A DNA stretch of 64,000 bases. Origin: the human T2T-CHM13v2.0 reference genome, Homo sapiens. Shown in pieces: positions 14,219 to 28,865 of this stretch. The DNA lies in NCBI RefSeq assembly GCF_009914755.1, contig NC_060939.1. One strand, given 5' to 3'. The position numbers and the translations under genes were made by a program. Every line of letters begins with the position of its first letter. The stretch's first letter is position 1. Below the pieces are notes generated by a model. That model saw only the letters and a list, made by a program, of their open reading frames with translations, was not told the DNA's origin and ran no database searches.

Positions 14219-15904
14219 GTTGTTCAAATCCTTCAATTTACGGAGAAAGAAACTGAGGCCCAGAAATGTTATGCATTTCCTAAAGCCATTAGGGACTGCA
14301 TCTCTCACTTAACGCGCTCAAAAGTCGTTCTGTCTCAGTTCTTCAGAAACTTCTTTTGGGGACTCCTTCCAATGTGCCAGTAATATAAATTCACTCAGCT
14401 TTGATTTCCACATACATGAAAAGAGGGGAGGGATAGAGCCCAAGTAACTTTCTGCTTTGGCCTGAGCCTGTCCAGGAGAATGTAGCCATTCTTCTCTGTG
14501 TTACCTCTCCTTAGCAGCACTAGATGCAGTTAAATCTGTTTCTCTCCTTTCTTCTCATCCACCTTCATCTGTCATTCCTGTAATGGATGGAGTTGGGGCA
14601 GTTTGCTAAATTGTAGCAAAATTTGAGGTGTTCAAAGACCAAAACAGAATAGATAACTTCCAAAGTTCTTTTGCCTCTGAATTTCTATGACTTTATGAAC
14701 ATGGAAAACCTTCGGTGATTCAGTTGAGAGGATTCTGGGAAAGCAGGGAGAGTCATTAAATGAATGGACCTTCTGCTCTTAAGTCACGAGAAGCAGGCCA
14801 CTGTGCCTGCATGAAGGGCAGGAATGCCAAGAAAATGGGCCTGCTGTGGATACTAAATGTAATTTATTTTATATGATTTGGGCTACTGAAAGACCTAGCA
14901 TTAAGGGGAGACCTGTCCTAAGTATTTCTGTGTGCTTTCCAGTTAAAGGTGTTCCTAAACCTTAAATGCTTCTTGAAAGAGAAATAGCTGCCTTGAGTTT
15001 AGCACCACTGCTTCCATCTGTTTTGAGTACTAGCTACCTTTCTAGTGTCTACATAATTTTGCAGGTTTCCTGTTCTACAGTTGTTGCCCTTTTAGGCACT
15101 CCGGTGATGTGGTTTAAAGTAGGTGCTTCACAGTCAGAAAGATACAGTTTTTTCCACCCTGAGCATCTCCACAATGTGCCGTGGGCAAATAGTTTAAACC
15201 GTCTGTTCCCTACCTTCTACAGCTGTAAAATTGCGGTAATAAGAGTATTTTTCTCATTGATTTATCATGCAAAAATAAAAAAAAATTGTCCAAAAGGCTT
15301 AGCACAATGCTTGTCATTTGGTAAGTGATTACAAGGCCAATAATTGTTTCACTGTTTTGGAGGAAAAAGCAAGTTTGAATTCATTTATACATCAAAATGA
15401 ATTTATATATATTTTTTTAAATTACGCTAGTATCTATATACATTTGACATATGGTAGGAGATACTTCTAACATTAGAGATTTGATTGGTCTGTTTTTGGA
15501 TGTGGTGTTCACTTATTAGAATAGTTGTCTGATTTATATAAGATACTCCCATAAATTCTTCTGTAAGTGATCTAACGCCATTCACTTTGCACTTAGGGAC
15601 AAAATGGTTAGGTTTGCCACTTATGCAAGTGCTGTTATGGAGTACATTCATTTGGGCAGTTTTCTTTGTGTACTATTAATGTATTTTTTATTAATATTTG
15701 TATAGTATATAAAATTTAGCAAATATATGGAAATCTGTATTCTTTTACCAAAAAGTGAGAAGTGTAAAAGCAATGGAGGTTTTTTGCTGTCTTTGAGGCA
15801 GCTTCTGAGCAAGTACATTCTGTTTACATATATCATTTTAAAATTAATATTTAATTTATTACAGTTACCTTAAAAATAGATTCTCTTATGCTTTTATGTT
15901 ATAC

Positions 15905-15932
15905 TTGTATGTATATGTGTGTGTGTATATAC

Positions 15933-15981
<49 letters not shown>

Positions 15982-15989
15982 TTTTTTTT
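15905..15989. repeat. Compound (TG)n-(TA)n-(T)n microsatellite at an Alu tail
   Basis: tgtgtgtgtgtatatacatatacatatatata...ttttttttt seen directly. Confidence 0.95.
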
Positions 15990-16282
15990 CCTGAGACAGA
16001 GTCTGTGTTGCACAAGCTGGAGTACAGTGGTGTGACCTTGGCTTACTGCAACCTCCTGCTTCCCTGGTTCAAGCAATTCTCATACCTTAGCCTCCTGAGT
16101 AGCTGCAGTAGCTGGGATTACTGGCACGTGCAACAATGCCTGGCTAATTTTTGTATTTTTAGTAGAGGTGGAGTTTCACCATGTTGGCTGGGCTGGTCTG
16201 GGATTCCTGGCCTCAAAGTGATCCGCCCACCTCTGCCTTTCAAAGTGCTGGGATTACAGGCATGAACCACTGCTACTGGCCC
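15964..16282 (-). mobile_element. Diverged Alu (AluJ/AluS)
   Basis: Full reverse dimer with heavy CpG decay. Confidence 0.92.
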
Positions 16283-17399
16283 CATTTGTATATCTTATTC
16301 TGTTTTAAATATAGGAGATGTTAGCAATCACTTGTTAAAATTAAGGAGGCTTTAAATTAATGTTATCTCCCATTTACAAATGAGGTTAGCAAAACAATTT
16401 TTAACTTTTTAAACTGCAGTTATACTTGAAAATATTTAGTTTTCTTTATGAAAACTTTGATAAACAGAATCTTTCCAAGTGATTAAGTGATTCTTTAAAA
16501 TAAATTAAACTTATGAAGTCAATATCAAGTTATCTTAAACATCTCAACACTGTTTAAGAAACCTAACAGTTCTCTTTGAATAACTAAGATCACAATTTCA
16601 AAATCAATTATGTTTCAATTTAGAATCCAAAGACTCCTATGTTTAATCAAATTATCTTAAGTATTTCTAACATTTTAATACATATAGGTTATTTCCATTT
16701 TTACATAAATAATTTTCATGAACTTAACACAGTTACAATATAATTGTGGGCTTGATGTAGCCTCTCTGTGGTAAATTCCAATCCTTTCTGTTTAAAGAAT
16801 GGTTGTACTGTCTTGGGCCAGTAAAGGCTACAAATTAATGGAATATATGGGGTCTAGATGCAGTTGATTCTCCACATGTCACTTACCTACAAATCAACGT
16901 GCTTTTTATAATTGCTATAGCAACAGGGACCTCATGCCCTTTAGAAGACATTGTGCCCCCTCCTGCATTCAGATTATTGTTATATAACATTTCTGTCCAG
17001 TCTCATCGAGATTGTTTGTAATTTTTCTTCACTGTTTTGTTCGGTTTTGCACTTATTTGATTCTCTTAGTATGTTTTAATGTTTTCTCATCTGGCTCAAA
17101 ACACATTTTCTTTCCATTCCATCAGAAGTTTCACATGCTTATGTAATACTTTTGAAACTTCATTTAATTTTATTTGCCTGATTTGAGTTGTCAAAATATT
17201 CTAGATTCTTTTCATATTGTTCCTGACTGGCAGGGCGACAATGAAACAGAATGACATGCCATTGGTGTTGCATATCCCTTGGGTCTTTGGCTCCACAGAT
17301 GACACTAAAGTCAAGCTAATGAAAGTAAGGAAAAATAACCAACTAGAATCCCTCCACACAGATATTTCTACCATTGACTTTGAGCATGTTCACTTCCAG

Positions 17400-18995
17400 T
17401 TTTCTAAGCCTGCAGTGTTCCAGGGCTCAGTTCTTGGACTCTTTTTTTTCCTATTTATGGTTGTATATTTTCCTACTTACACTGGCATTCTCGGTGATCC
17501 CATTTGGTCCCATAACTTTGAATGCCACTTGCGTGCTGAAGATGACCACGCTTATATTTCCTAGTATGAACTTCCCTCCTAGACTCTAGCCTATTAGGAT
17601 GTAACTGTTTCCTTGACTGCTTCACTTGGGTGTCTAGAATCTGATGACTTCTTACATGTCACTCCCCCACCTTCATTTGCTTCCCTTTCCAGCCCCCCAT
17701 CCTTTGCCTTCATCATCTCTGCACTGGATGCAATGGCCTCCCTGCTTCTTCCCTTGACCCCCACCAGTAGCCAGAGTGAGGCTGTTAATGTCAGTATGTC
17801 ATAATGTCATCCTCTTTTCAAAACTCTGCAATGTGCCTCCCCCACCCCACCCCCATTTTACTCAGAGAACAAGCCAAACCCCTTACTGTGGCCTTTACGC
17901 TCTTTCCTCATTACCTCTCCAAGCTCCTTTCTTGTTCTTACTGCTGAAACCTTCAATCACTCTGTTCTAGTCACCTGGATTCACTATGTTCTTCTAGTTT
18001 ACCAGGCTCATTCCTATGGGTAGGTTTCTCCCAGAAGCAGACAGACTCTAAGACAGGGTAAATGCAACTAGTTTATTTCAAAGGTGATGCCAAATTAAAA
18101 CTGGGAGAGAGACTAGGAGTCAGGTATAGAAAGGAAGCTGACACAAGATAGACTTAGGCTGTAGGCAGGTGGGTCCAATCCCACTTAAGAACCCTGACCT
18201 TGCTACTTAAGGTGTGGTCTGTGAACCAGCATGATGCTATCACCTGGGAGTTTGTTAAAATGAGATTCAGGCCCCACCCCAGACCTACTTAATCAAAATC
18301 TTGTTAAAATTTTAACAAGGGCTTCAGGTGATTCTTACACCCTAATTAATGTTTGAGAAACACTCTCTAGGGGACAGTGTGGAACATGTCTCTGTGTTAT
18401 CCTACACAGGCTGGGAAAGCTGGGGGTATTTTTCAACAACTCCCTAGCTGTCATTGGTTGAGTTTTGCTTCCAGGGCTATTAACTTCCAGCTTGCCCCAA
18501 GTACTGGCTTAGGATGCTCTTTGGCCTGAAAATAAAGGCCTGCTGGAAGTGAGTCACAGGTGTTTGCAGTAAACTGTCTTCAGGTGTGTAGAGGTGAGCA
18601 CCCAGAATATGCCTATGGTACTAACAGTGTCTGCAACTGAGCCTTTGCTGTAGCTGTTCTCTCAGCCTGAAATGTTCTTGCCTCAGGTATTCACTTGGCT
18701 AAATCCTCTACCTCCTCCCAGTCTTTACTCAGATCATACTGTCTCAGTGAGACTTATCTGTATTTAACTTTGCAACCTGCATGCACCAACCCAGCATACC
18801 CAATTCCCCTCACTCTGCTCTGTTCTCTTTGTAATTGCACTTAGCCTTTGAATTCACTGCATAATTTATCCACTTAATATACTCATTGTTTACCTGCTTC
18901 CATGGAAAGTTAGCTACACCAGAGCAGCAGACTTTGTCTGTTTTGCTTATTAATGGATAACGTAGAGGAGCTCTTTAATGTTTGTTAAATGAATA
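17400..18995. mobile_element. L2 fragment interrupted by an ERVL LTR (LTR16/33-like, ~18015-18640), itself containing MER5A (~18200-18365)
   Basis: L2 motifs cagggctcagttcttggactc and tgtttgttaaatgaat; LTR end gtttctcccagaagcagac...agtttattt; MER5A tcacctgggagtttgttaaaatg...caggccccaccccagacctact. Confidence 0.65.
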
Positions 18996-19419
18996 CCTTT
19001 CTATATTTTAAAATATAAGATGGTAGTATATATAAAACTTTGTATCCTGCATTTGGCTTAGCATATGTCACAAATATTTCCCATATCATAAAAATCCTTA
19101 AATATCATTTTAATTGGTAGTCAAATATTTCATTGTCTCTACAAATTATAATTAAACACTCTCATAACACTTGGCATATTTTCTATTTTCTTTTTGTGAT
19201 TATAAATAACACTTCTCTGTATATAAATCTGTTTCATTTTAAATATTATTTCTTTAGAATAAATGCGTAGAAGTCAAAATATTAAAGACTAAAAATGACT
19301 GTCAAGACTCAGAGAGATACATAAGAAATTGTCTTTTGGAAATATTGTTCCCATATACCTCTAACCAGCAATGAATAGACATGCCTGGAACACCATACTC
19401 TTTTCATCAACCCAAAGCT

Positions 19420-19662
19420 ACATAGCATAGTAGTTAAGAGCATGATTCGGAGATAATTGTCTTGGATTTAATACCAGCTCTCTGATTTATGAGTTGTGTG
19501 ACATTGGCCAAGTTGCTTATCTTTTCCTCACTTTGTTCATTTGTCAAATGAGAATAATGAAAATAATATTACCTCATGGGGTTGTTGTGAAGATTAAATT
19601 ACTTAGTATAGATAAAGATGGATATCTGGTACATAATAAATGCTATGTAACTGTTAGCTAAT
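19420..19662 (+). mobile_element. MIR
   Basis: gcatagtagttaagagc...tgtgtgacattggccaagttgctta...gggttgttgtgaagattaaat. Confidence 0.8.
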
Positions 19663-19851
19663 ACCATATTGAGACATTTTAAAATTGATAAAGTAATAAA
19701 TAGTACTTTGTTTTTACTTTATTTGCGTTTTGAAGTTGGGGGTATAGTGCCGTCAGTGATGAAGAGGATTAGTTGATAAGATTTGTGTAATGTTTCACAA
19801 TCCGATCGAGTACATCTCAACTTAGCATGATGGTGCTGAGGCTTGGCATTC

Positions 19852-20027
19852 CAGGTTGAGCATTCCTAATCTGAATATTTGAAATATGAAACATTGTGAG
19901 CACCAACAAGATGCTGCGATTTTTAAATTTGGGGTGCTTAACTGGCATATAATGCAAATATTCTGAAATCGGAAAATATTAGAAGTGGAAAACACTTCTT
20001 TTCCCAAGATAAGGAATACTCAACCTC
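19852..20027. mobile_element. MER46A-like TcMar-Tigger MITE
   Basis: Terminal inverted repeats caggttgagcattcct...aggaatactcaacct. Confidence 0.75.
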
Positions 20028-20420
20028 TATAAAATATCACAATACTTCAGAATCAGGTTTTGGAGCCCTAGATCAAATAATTGTCAGAAAAATCTTATTT
20101 TTGACATAAAGCATGAAATGAAAATACATAGGGATTTATCACTGATGAATTTTGAGCTTATCATTGAAAATGTGAGTCCGTAGGGATAACTTCAATAGTG
20201 ACTTTTCAACCGGAACACACCTGCAGGTTTAGGCAAGTGGGTAAATATACTGATACTGCTAAGAACAAAAGTTATCCCTATGAAAGAGGAAAGATACAAA
20301 TACAAAATAGGGGAAGTGAAGAATCTTATATTCCAGTGGAGGACAACTGATAGATGGTAACCACATGTCACCTGGTTATTTGTCATTCATTAACTTAGTG
20401 GCTTAGAAACCACTTACTGA

Positions 20421-20866
<446 letters not shown>

Positions 20867-21754
20867 CTATAAGGAAAGGCTTATAACATGTTCTTGCCTC
20901 AGAACAATGATGGCTTCATCCCAGGACTCTACTAAAATAAGCTTATGGTAAATTTACCTTATATGTGGATGGGTTTTGAAATCATACATTTTTAAAACCA
21001 TATATTTTTTTTCACAAAGTGGCTAAAATAATTCTGGACATGGAAATTTATTTTAATGCATTTATGCAATAAAGGAGGCAGCCTTGAGCAACATGTCAAT
21101 TTCATCAGGAGATCACTATGCAACAGACAGAGAATTTGGGCAACATTTACACTGCAATTTCTGGAGATATTAAGCCAGCAGATACAGGAACATGTGTCAC
21201 TTCATGTATGCCTTGCTAATTAAATGTACATGGACTTTGAATTTTGAAGCCCAGTCAAAGTTTCCCAGTTCTCTTTTAGCAGCCGTTTATTTTTACTCTG
21301 GATTTGGTCAGATGTAGAAACCACAGAAATGGAGGCTGTAGGATTCTGTCTTCTCTAAGCAAGTTTGTGCTTTTTTCCTCTGGCTTTCCTCTTAGGTAGG
21401 AGCAAAGATGTATGACAGAGGAGTTTGTAAACATCCAGCCATTTGGGGTGATTCATTTGGTTCTTGTCAAGGGAAACAGGTTTCTACTCTTGCCACAATT
21501 TCTATGCAATCTTGTATTAGTTAATGTGTAGACAACCAGAACTTGGGATACCCTATTTTGGGATGATGTTTTGTCCCTCAGTGGGGTGTCCTACTCTTTT
21601 CATCTATTCTGTGCCATCATATGACTTCATTTACATACTCTTGGGTCCTGGTTTGATAGATGGCTCTATTGACAGGTGGCATTATTAAAGACCATTTCCC
21701 TTTGGGCCTTGTGTCACTCACAGCTTAGGCTTTAATTTCAGAATAAGTTTTTCC

Positions 21755-23200
21755 TATTACAACTTTATCAAAATAAATTTACGTAATATAAAATCCACCC
21801 TTTTAAAGTGTAAATAAAATTCAATAATTTTTAGCATATTTAGAGATGTACAACCATCACCATAATCTAATTTTGGAACTTTTGTCACCCCAAAAAGAAA
21901 CCCCATGTTTATTGTCGTCACTCTCTTTTCCCCCTGCCCCCAGCCTCTGGCAACCACTAATCTACCTTCTGTCCCTGTGGAGTTGCCTTTTCTGAACCTT
22001 TCATATAAATGGAATAATGTAAGATGTAGCCTTTTGCATCTGATTTCTTTTACATATTATAATGTTGTCAAGGTTTCTCTATGTTGTAGCACATAACAGT
22101 AACTTCATTCCTTTTTGTGCCTGAGCAGTATTTCATATTATGGATATACCACACTTGTCTATCCATTCATCCCTCTATATGCTGATTGGAAAAAGCTATT
22201 TCCACTTTTTGGCTATTGTGAATGCGGCTATGAATATTTGTGTACAGGTTTTTATGATAACATATATTTAAAGTTTCCTTGGATGTAGATCTAGAGGTAG
22301 GATTACTTGGTTCAGTGGAACTCTTTGTTTAACTGTTTGAAGAATTTCCCAACTGTTTTCCAAAGTGGCTGCACAACCTGACAATCCCACCAGCAATGTG
22401 GCAGGCGGGGTGGGGGGTGTGGGGGAGTTCCACTTTCTCCACATTCTCACCAACACTTGTTATTACCTGACTTTTTTGTTATACTCATCCTGTTCGTGGT
22501 GAGGTGGTATCTCATTGTGATATTTTTTAAAATAAATTTTATTGTGCATATTTGAGGTTTACAACATGATGTTATCAGATACATATAGATAGTAAAATTG
22601 TTATTATAGTCAAGCAGATTAACATATCCATCATCTCGTGTAGCTGCTAGTTTAAATTTGCCTTTCTCTAATTACTAAGGGTGTTTTTCCGTGTGCTTAT
22701 TGGCCATTTGTATATCTTCTTTGGAGCAAAATATATATTCGAATTATTTGCCCAGTTTTTAGTTTGGTTATTTTTTCTTTTTATTGTTGAATTGTATGAT
22801 ATTTTTATATATTCTAGTTACAAGTCCCTTATGCCATATGTGATTTAAAATATTTTCTCTCAATCTGTGAGTTGTCTTTTCATTTTCTTGATGGTGTCCT
22901 TTGAAACACAAAAATTTTAAATTTTGATGGAGTGTAAATTATCAATTTTTTCTTTTTTTGCTTGTGTTTTTGGTATCATAGCTAACCATTGCCAAATCCA
23001 AAGTCATGAAGAGCTATTTATATGTTTTCTTCTAAGAGTTTTATTTAGTTTTCAGATTTGTTTTGAGTTAATTTTTGCATATGGTATAAAACAGGGGTTT
23101 AGTTTCATTCTTTTTTATGTGGATATCTAGTTGTCTAGCAACATTTGTTGAAAAGATTTTTCTGTTCCCCATTGAATTTGTTTAACAACCCTGTTAAAAA
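21755..23200 (-). mobile_element. L1MB-like 3' fragment with a nested short L1 3' end (~22520-22650)
   Basis: Reverse L1MB 3' UTR (cccagcctctggcaaccactaatctac) continuing into ORF2-like sequence. Confidence 0.85.
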
Positions 23201-23559
23201 TTCAGAATACTTTTAACCTACACATTTTTCTTAAAAGATATTTATTGGTGAATTTCCATCTTTTTTTTCCCCTGAATAATACAATTGCTCTCTTCAGTAT
23301 AAATTTTATATATAAGCATTGATGCCCATAAATTTTTCAGAGCACCTGTTCTTAACTGGAGGTGGAATTATTACCATGTGTGGTGGGGCCTCTGACCAGT
23401 GGGAGGTCGCAGTACTTTTTCCTGCCACTCTAGATGAACTGATTCTGTGGTGAGTCATACCAATGGGGAGAGTAGGAGTAGCTAATACAACCTGACTGCC
23501 TGGCTGAAATCTGTTTTTCTTAACCATACACCTGAGGTGTTTACTGAACAAAGAGTAAG

Positions 23560-24470
23560 TTATTTTAGTAAATAAATAATCTCTGGGGAAATACTTCGAG
23601 ATTCTGAGAATATCCTATTTTTCATCAGTCTTCTACAAACTAGCTTTAGCATCCATTGATAATTCTTGCTTGAATTGATAATTACCATCAAGTTTGCAAA
23701 ATGATGGTTTTTCTAATTCTATCAGTCTTTTTACATGTATTAATTGGCACTCTTCTATAAAGAAGATTTTATCATCTCCTTTAATTCTCTTTTTAAAATT
23801 TATTGTAGTATCAGTATAGATTCCAGATTCATTCGGTATTCAATATTCTCATCCATTTCTATCATTTCTCACTTTGATATTCAGTTGTCTCAAGTTTGCT
23901 GTTTTTTTAACCCAACAATCTATCTTAGAGATTACTTCAGTACTTTATGGAGATCTTTGTCATTGTCTTTATTGCTACATAATACCCCTTTCTGTGGATG
24001 TAACAAAGTTTAATCCTGCCAATATCTTGTGAATTGGTGTCTAATAACTTACCACAACAATGAATAGCACTGTAGATGTATTTTTCTATGAGGCGTGTCA
24101 TCAGAGTAAATACCTAGGGATTTCTGGGTCAGTGTATGAATAGGCTTGTTAGGTTTAGCAATTATTCTCCATAGGGATTACATCATTCTGGATTGCCATT
24201 AGTAATATATGAGTATGCTTGTTTTTCCAGAGTCTCATCAACAATGTATATTGTCAAACTTCTATATTTTTGCCACTCAATTGACATATTTCAACGTAAT
24301 TTTAATTTGCATTTATTTTATTGTGAATGAAATCAATAATCTTTTCATATGTTTAAAGATTTTATATTTGTCTTATTCCAAACCACCAGTGTATATAGTT
24401 TTGTTCATTTTTCTAGTGGGTTTTTTCCTTCAAACTTTAAAAATATTTTTATATTGGCTATTAGCCTTTT
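23560..24470 (-). mobile_element. Old L1M (L1ME/MD-like), left part of the element split by the IFT80 retrocopy
   Basis: Degenerate reverse L1 (ttttaatttgcatttattttattgtgaatga); continues after the TSD at 28866. Confidence 0.65.
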
Positions 24471-25084
24471 TTGTTGTTGTTCTAGAACATAGACACTTTT
24501 TTTTACTTTTTTATTGTGGTAAAATATATATAACAAAACTCTTTTAACCATTTTTTAATTTTTAAGCTTTTCATTGAAATATAACAATATAGAAAATATA
24601 TAAACAGTACAACTTATAAGTACACTGCTCAATCAGATTTCATAAACTGAGTACAAGTACACTCTTGTACCCAGTATCTGGGTCAAGAGCAGAATATTCC
24701 AACATTCCAGAAAAGAAAAGAAACATGTTAAAAAGAAAAGATTTCTATTAAAAAAAAACTAGACATAGTAATTCAGATAGGGGTAAGAGACACAATCCCT
24801 TTATCCCTTTATACGCATGTAACATATTTATATGTAATTCCATATATACACATAAACGCACTCTATAATGTACAATGTCCAAAAATGGGTTCACATAAGA
24901 TTTTCTAAGCGGTATTTATTTTTTAAAAAGTTACGTGGTAATAATTTGGAGACAGATGATTAAGACTAGTCAAACAGGTTTATCATTTAAGAAGATTTTC
25001 ACAAATTCAGACTTCAGGGCCTATTGCCTGACCATCTCAAGTCAGGAAAGGAGTGAGGAGAAGCCTTCTTACCCATTTTAGGTA

Positions 25085-25572
25085 CATTTTTAAAATTATG
25101 ATAAAATATACATAACAAAATTTACCATTTTAACCACGTTTATGGGTACAATTCAGTGGCATTAACATTCAGAATGTTGAGCAACCATCATTACCATTCA
25201 TTTTCAGAATTTGTTCATCCCAAGCAGAAGCTATGTACCCGTTAATCAATAGCCAACCCCTACCCTTCCTTCTCCCCACCTGTCTCTGGTAAACACTGTT
25301 CTCCTTTCTATATGATCTTGCCTATGCTAGTACCTCATATAAGTGGTATCATAATTGATCTTTTGTGTCTGGCTTATGTCACTAAGCATAGGTTTTCAAG
25401 GTTTATCCTGTTGTAGCATTTATCAGAATTTCATCCCTTTTTAAGGCTAAATAATATTCCATTGTATGTATTGTACCACATTTGTTTATCCATTCACGAT
25501 AGATATTTGAGTTGTTTCCGCCTTTTGCTATTCAAGTAATGCTGCTGTGAACTTTGGCTTATAAGTATCTGC
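25085..25572 (-). mobile_element. L1MB-like 3' fragment within the IFT80 retrocopy 3' UTR
   Basis: aaaatatacataacaaaatttaccattttaacc...cctcatataagtgg...ctaaataatattccattgtatgta. Confidence 0.8.
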
Positions 25573-27809
25573 TTTTTAAACATTTGCGCAAATCCATCCT
25601 CAAGTATTTTTGTTCTATAAATAAACTTTTCGAGGCATTTCACAATTTAGAGGTCAAATAGAAATTAATAATAACATACATTTTTAAATAGTTCAATGTT
25701 TTATTATCAGCATTCATATTTGTTCAGGCTGAAGATTCAGGGATGAAATAATGGGCAAAAAACTGAAATATAATTAACACTACACAGGCATATCGTAAGT
25801 ATACCGTAATATTTTGCTAATTATTGGTTTAGAAAAATATAAAACCAAGAAGTACATAAATTACTTTGTTTTTCATCTTTCTGAATGTACTTTTACGTTA
25901 AATACACAGCAAGTGCTTATACTTATTTAAAGGTAATCCTTTTTTTATCAGCCAAAACATGCTTATCCTTAGTTAATCAGAATTCATTTCAAAATACAAA
26001 ACTTCTTAAATATAAGCATGGCATGTAGGGCTTTAGACCCATACTCTTACTGGATTGGCTGCTTGATGATTGTTCTCCTCCTTTTGTAATTTCAATCTCA
26101 ATTTTGGCTTTGATTTTTCTCTCAATCTATTTGGAGACCTTCTGCATACTGCAAGTATTGTTTATGTTTCCTCTTTACCAAATGTCTCCAAAAACTTTTC
26201 TTTTGACAGTAAGCAACAACCGTATCAACATGTGTTTTGTATTTTGCAGCCAATTCCAGTGCCCTTTTCAGTTGTAGAGATTAATATTGATCTGGATTGC
26301 TTGATAATGAGGCCAGCCTGAAGAAGTGCTATTTCAGCCTCCTGTATGTTTCCACTAAACCTTAGTATGTGGGCCATTTTTTGACTCTTTAAATGGAAGA
26401 CTTTTTATAGAATTGATGTACTGAAACTTATCAATTTCGCCAATTGCTGCATAGCCTATTTCTGTCATAGTAATATTTTGATTAGCAACTGCCATAGCAG
26501 CTAGACAAGCTCACATTGTTTGCTCCTCAACAAAGCAGCAAAGTCTTACATCATCTTCCCATTTTGAACTGCCTCCATATTCAGGGAGAATAACAGGATA
26601 TGATGATACACTGATGTGAACCAGAGGGCCGTTAACTCTTGTTATAGTTACCTGATTTCCAACAAAACTCACAATTTGGGAATTTTTACTGAATTCGTTT
26701 GTATCCCTTTCACGTAATGTTTTAGGCAAAGTGTCACTGTCCACATAAACCATATTGGAATAATACCACACTGTAAATTGAGTATCTTGAAGCCTGCAAA
26801 GGACATTGCATGTATCACTCCAGGCCAAAGTATGCACCATTGTTCCAAGTTTGAGAATTTTTTCTTCCTTCCCAAATCGTTTCACAGAAGTGATATAGAT
26901 ATCTCTATTTTTATCAATGAAAGTGACTTTTCTATCATTGGTAAGTCCTTTTTGATCCAGAGCAATTTTCAAGATTGCATCCTTACGAGGAAGAAGCTTT
27001 CCATCATCTAATAGTTTTCCAGTTGATACCTTGAAGAAAAAGATTATTTTTTCATCAGCTTTGTCTCATTGCTATGGTATCATTACTCAGAGACACAGTC
27101 TGTGCATTCAGAATATATGTTCTCACTGCAGGAAATTTTGGAGATGAAATAAAGGGCCCTTCATATGAATATAAATCGATACTACTAACATCTACAAGAA
27201 GAAAATGTCTTTCTGCCTGCAGGATAAAACTAACAGTTCCTTCTTTGAGATCAAATATAATTGGTGTATTCCAGTTCTTTGTGGAGACCACATAACATTG
27301 AAGAGACATTGAAACAACTAAGTGTGCAGAGTTCAAAGATACTTTAGTGGCCATGATGGAATTCCAATAAGTTCACTGCATCATTAAGAATGTTACGAAC
27401 CTGTATGGTCCTTCTTTTAGTTAATATTACTTGAAACTTTTTCCACTCCCAGTGTTTTTCCACCACAGGTGCAAAAACAACATGCCCAATTCCACACACT
27501 CCAGCAGTCTGAGTGCCATCAGTTGACCACGCAATATTAAATATGCTACCAGTGTTTTTCTAAAGCATGTGATCACCCAGTTTTATTACGTAAGTGTAAA
27601 GTATGAAATAATCCAATAGCAAACAATTCTCCATCTGGAGCCCAGGCAACTAAAGTAATAGGATGCTCATGAGATTGTGAATTGTACAGTGGGTGGCTGT
27701 AACTATCCCATGCCTTATATTTACAGTCTTCACCAGCAGATAAGATTATTGACTGAGTTCCAATCTATTTTTAAAATGATGCCATCATAAGCCTTCTGTA
27801 AAACTTTAG

Positions 27810-28309
<500 letters not shown>

Positions 28310-28865
28310 CTAAGCATCCAAGTCTTTGACCAAATTTTTATTTGTCCACCTTCTCCAATTGTAACTAATGCTGTTGCTTCATCATTCTATCTTCCTGCAA
28401 GTATTCTCCAGAGTGAGCTGCTACACTTTTTTCCACTCTTTCTAACTTGGAAATCAAATTAAATTTATCATCAGAACTTATGAGGACAAAGCTTTCTGCT
28501 TGAATTTGTCTCTTATACTCAAACTCTTTGGAAACCAGTGAAGATCTATAGGGTAAATATCATCAGGAAGCTTTACTATTTGAGTTGTTCCACTAGTGAA
28601 CAAGTTCCTCTTCACTATCTGGTGATCATCACTATATGAATACAGCCCTTCAGCAGTAGTCCAGCCTACACAGCTTACTAATTCTTGATGCTTTGGTTCT
28701 CTTAAAAGAGATATCTTCAGTCTCATGACTCCACTTCCAGCAAAAATTTAAAATGCCACTTGATTGTATTTACTCAAGTTCCAGGAAAGCAGTGGCAATT
28801 GCTTTCATATAGCTGGTACCAGTTACCAAGAAGCCTCTCAATCTCCTGGTCACCATAGTGACTTC

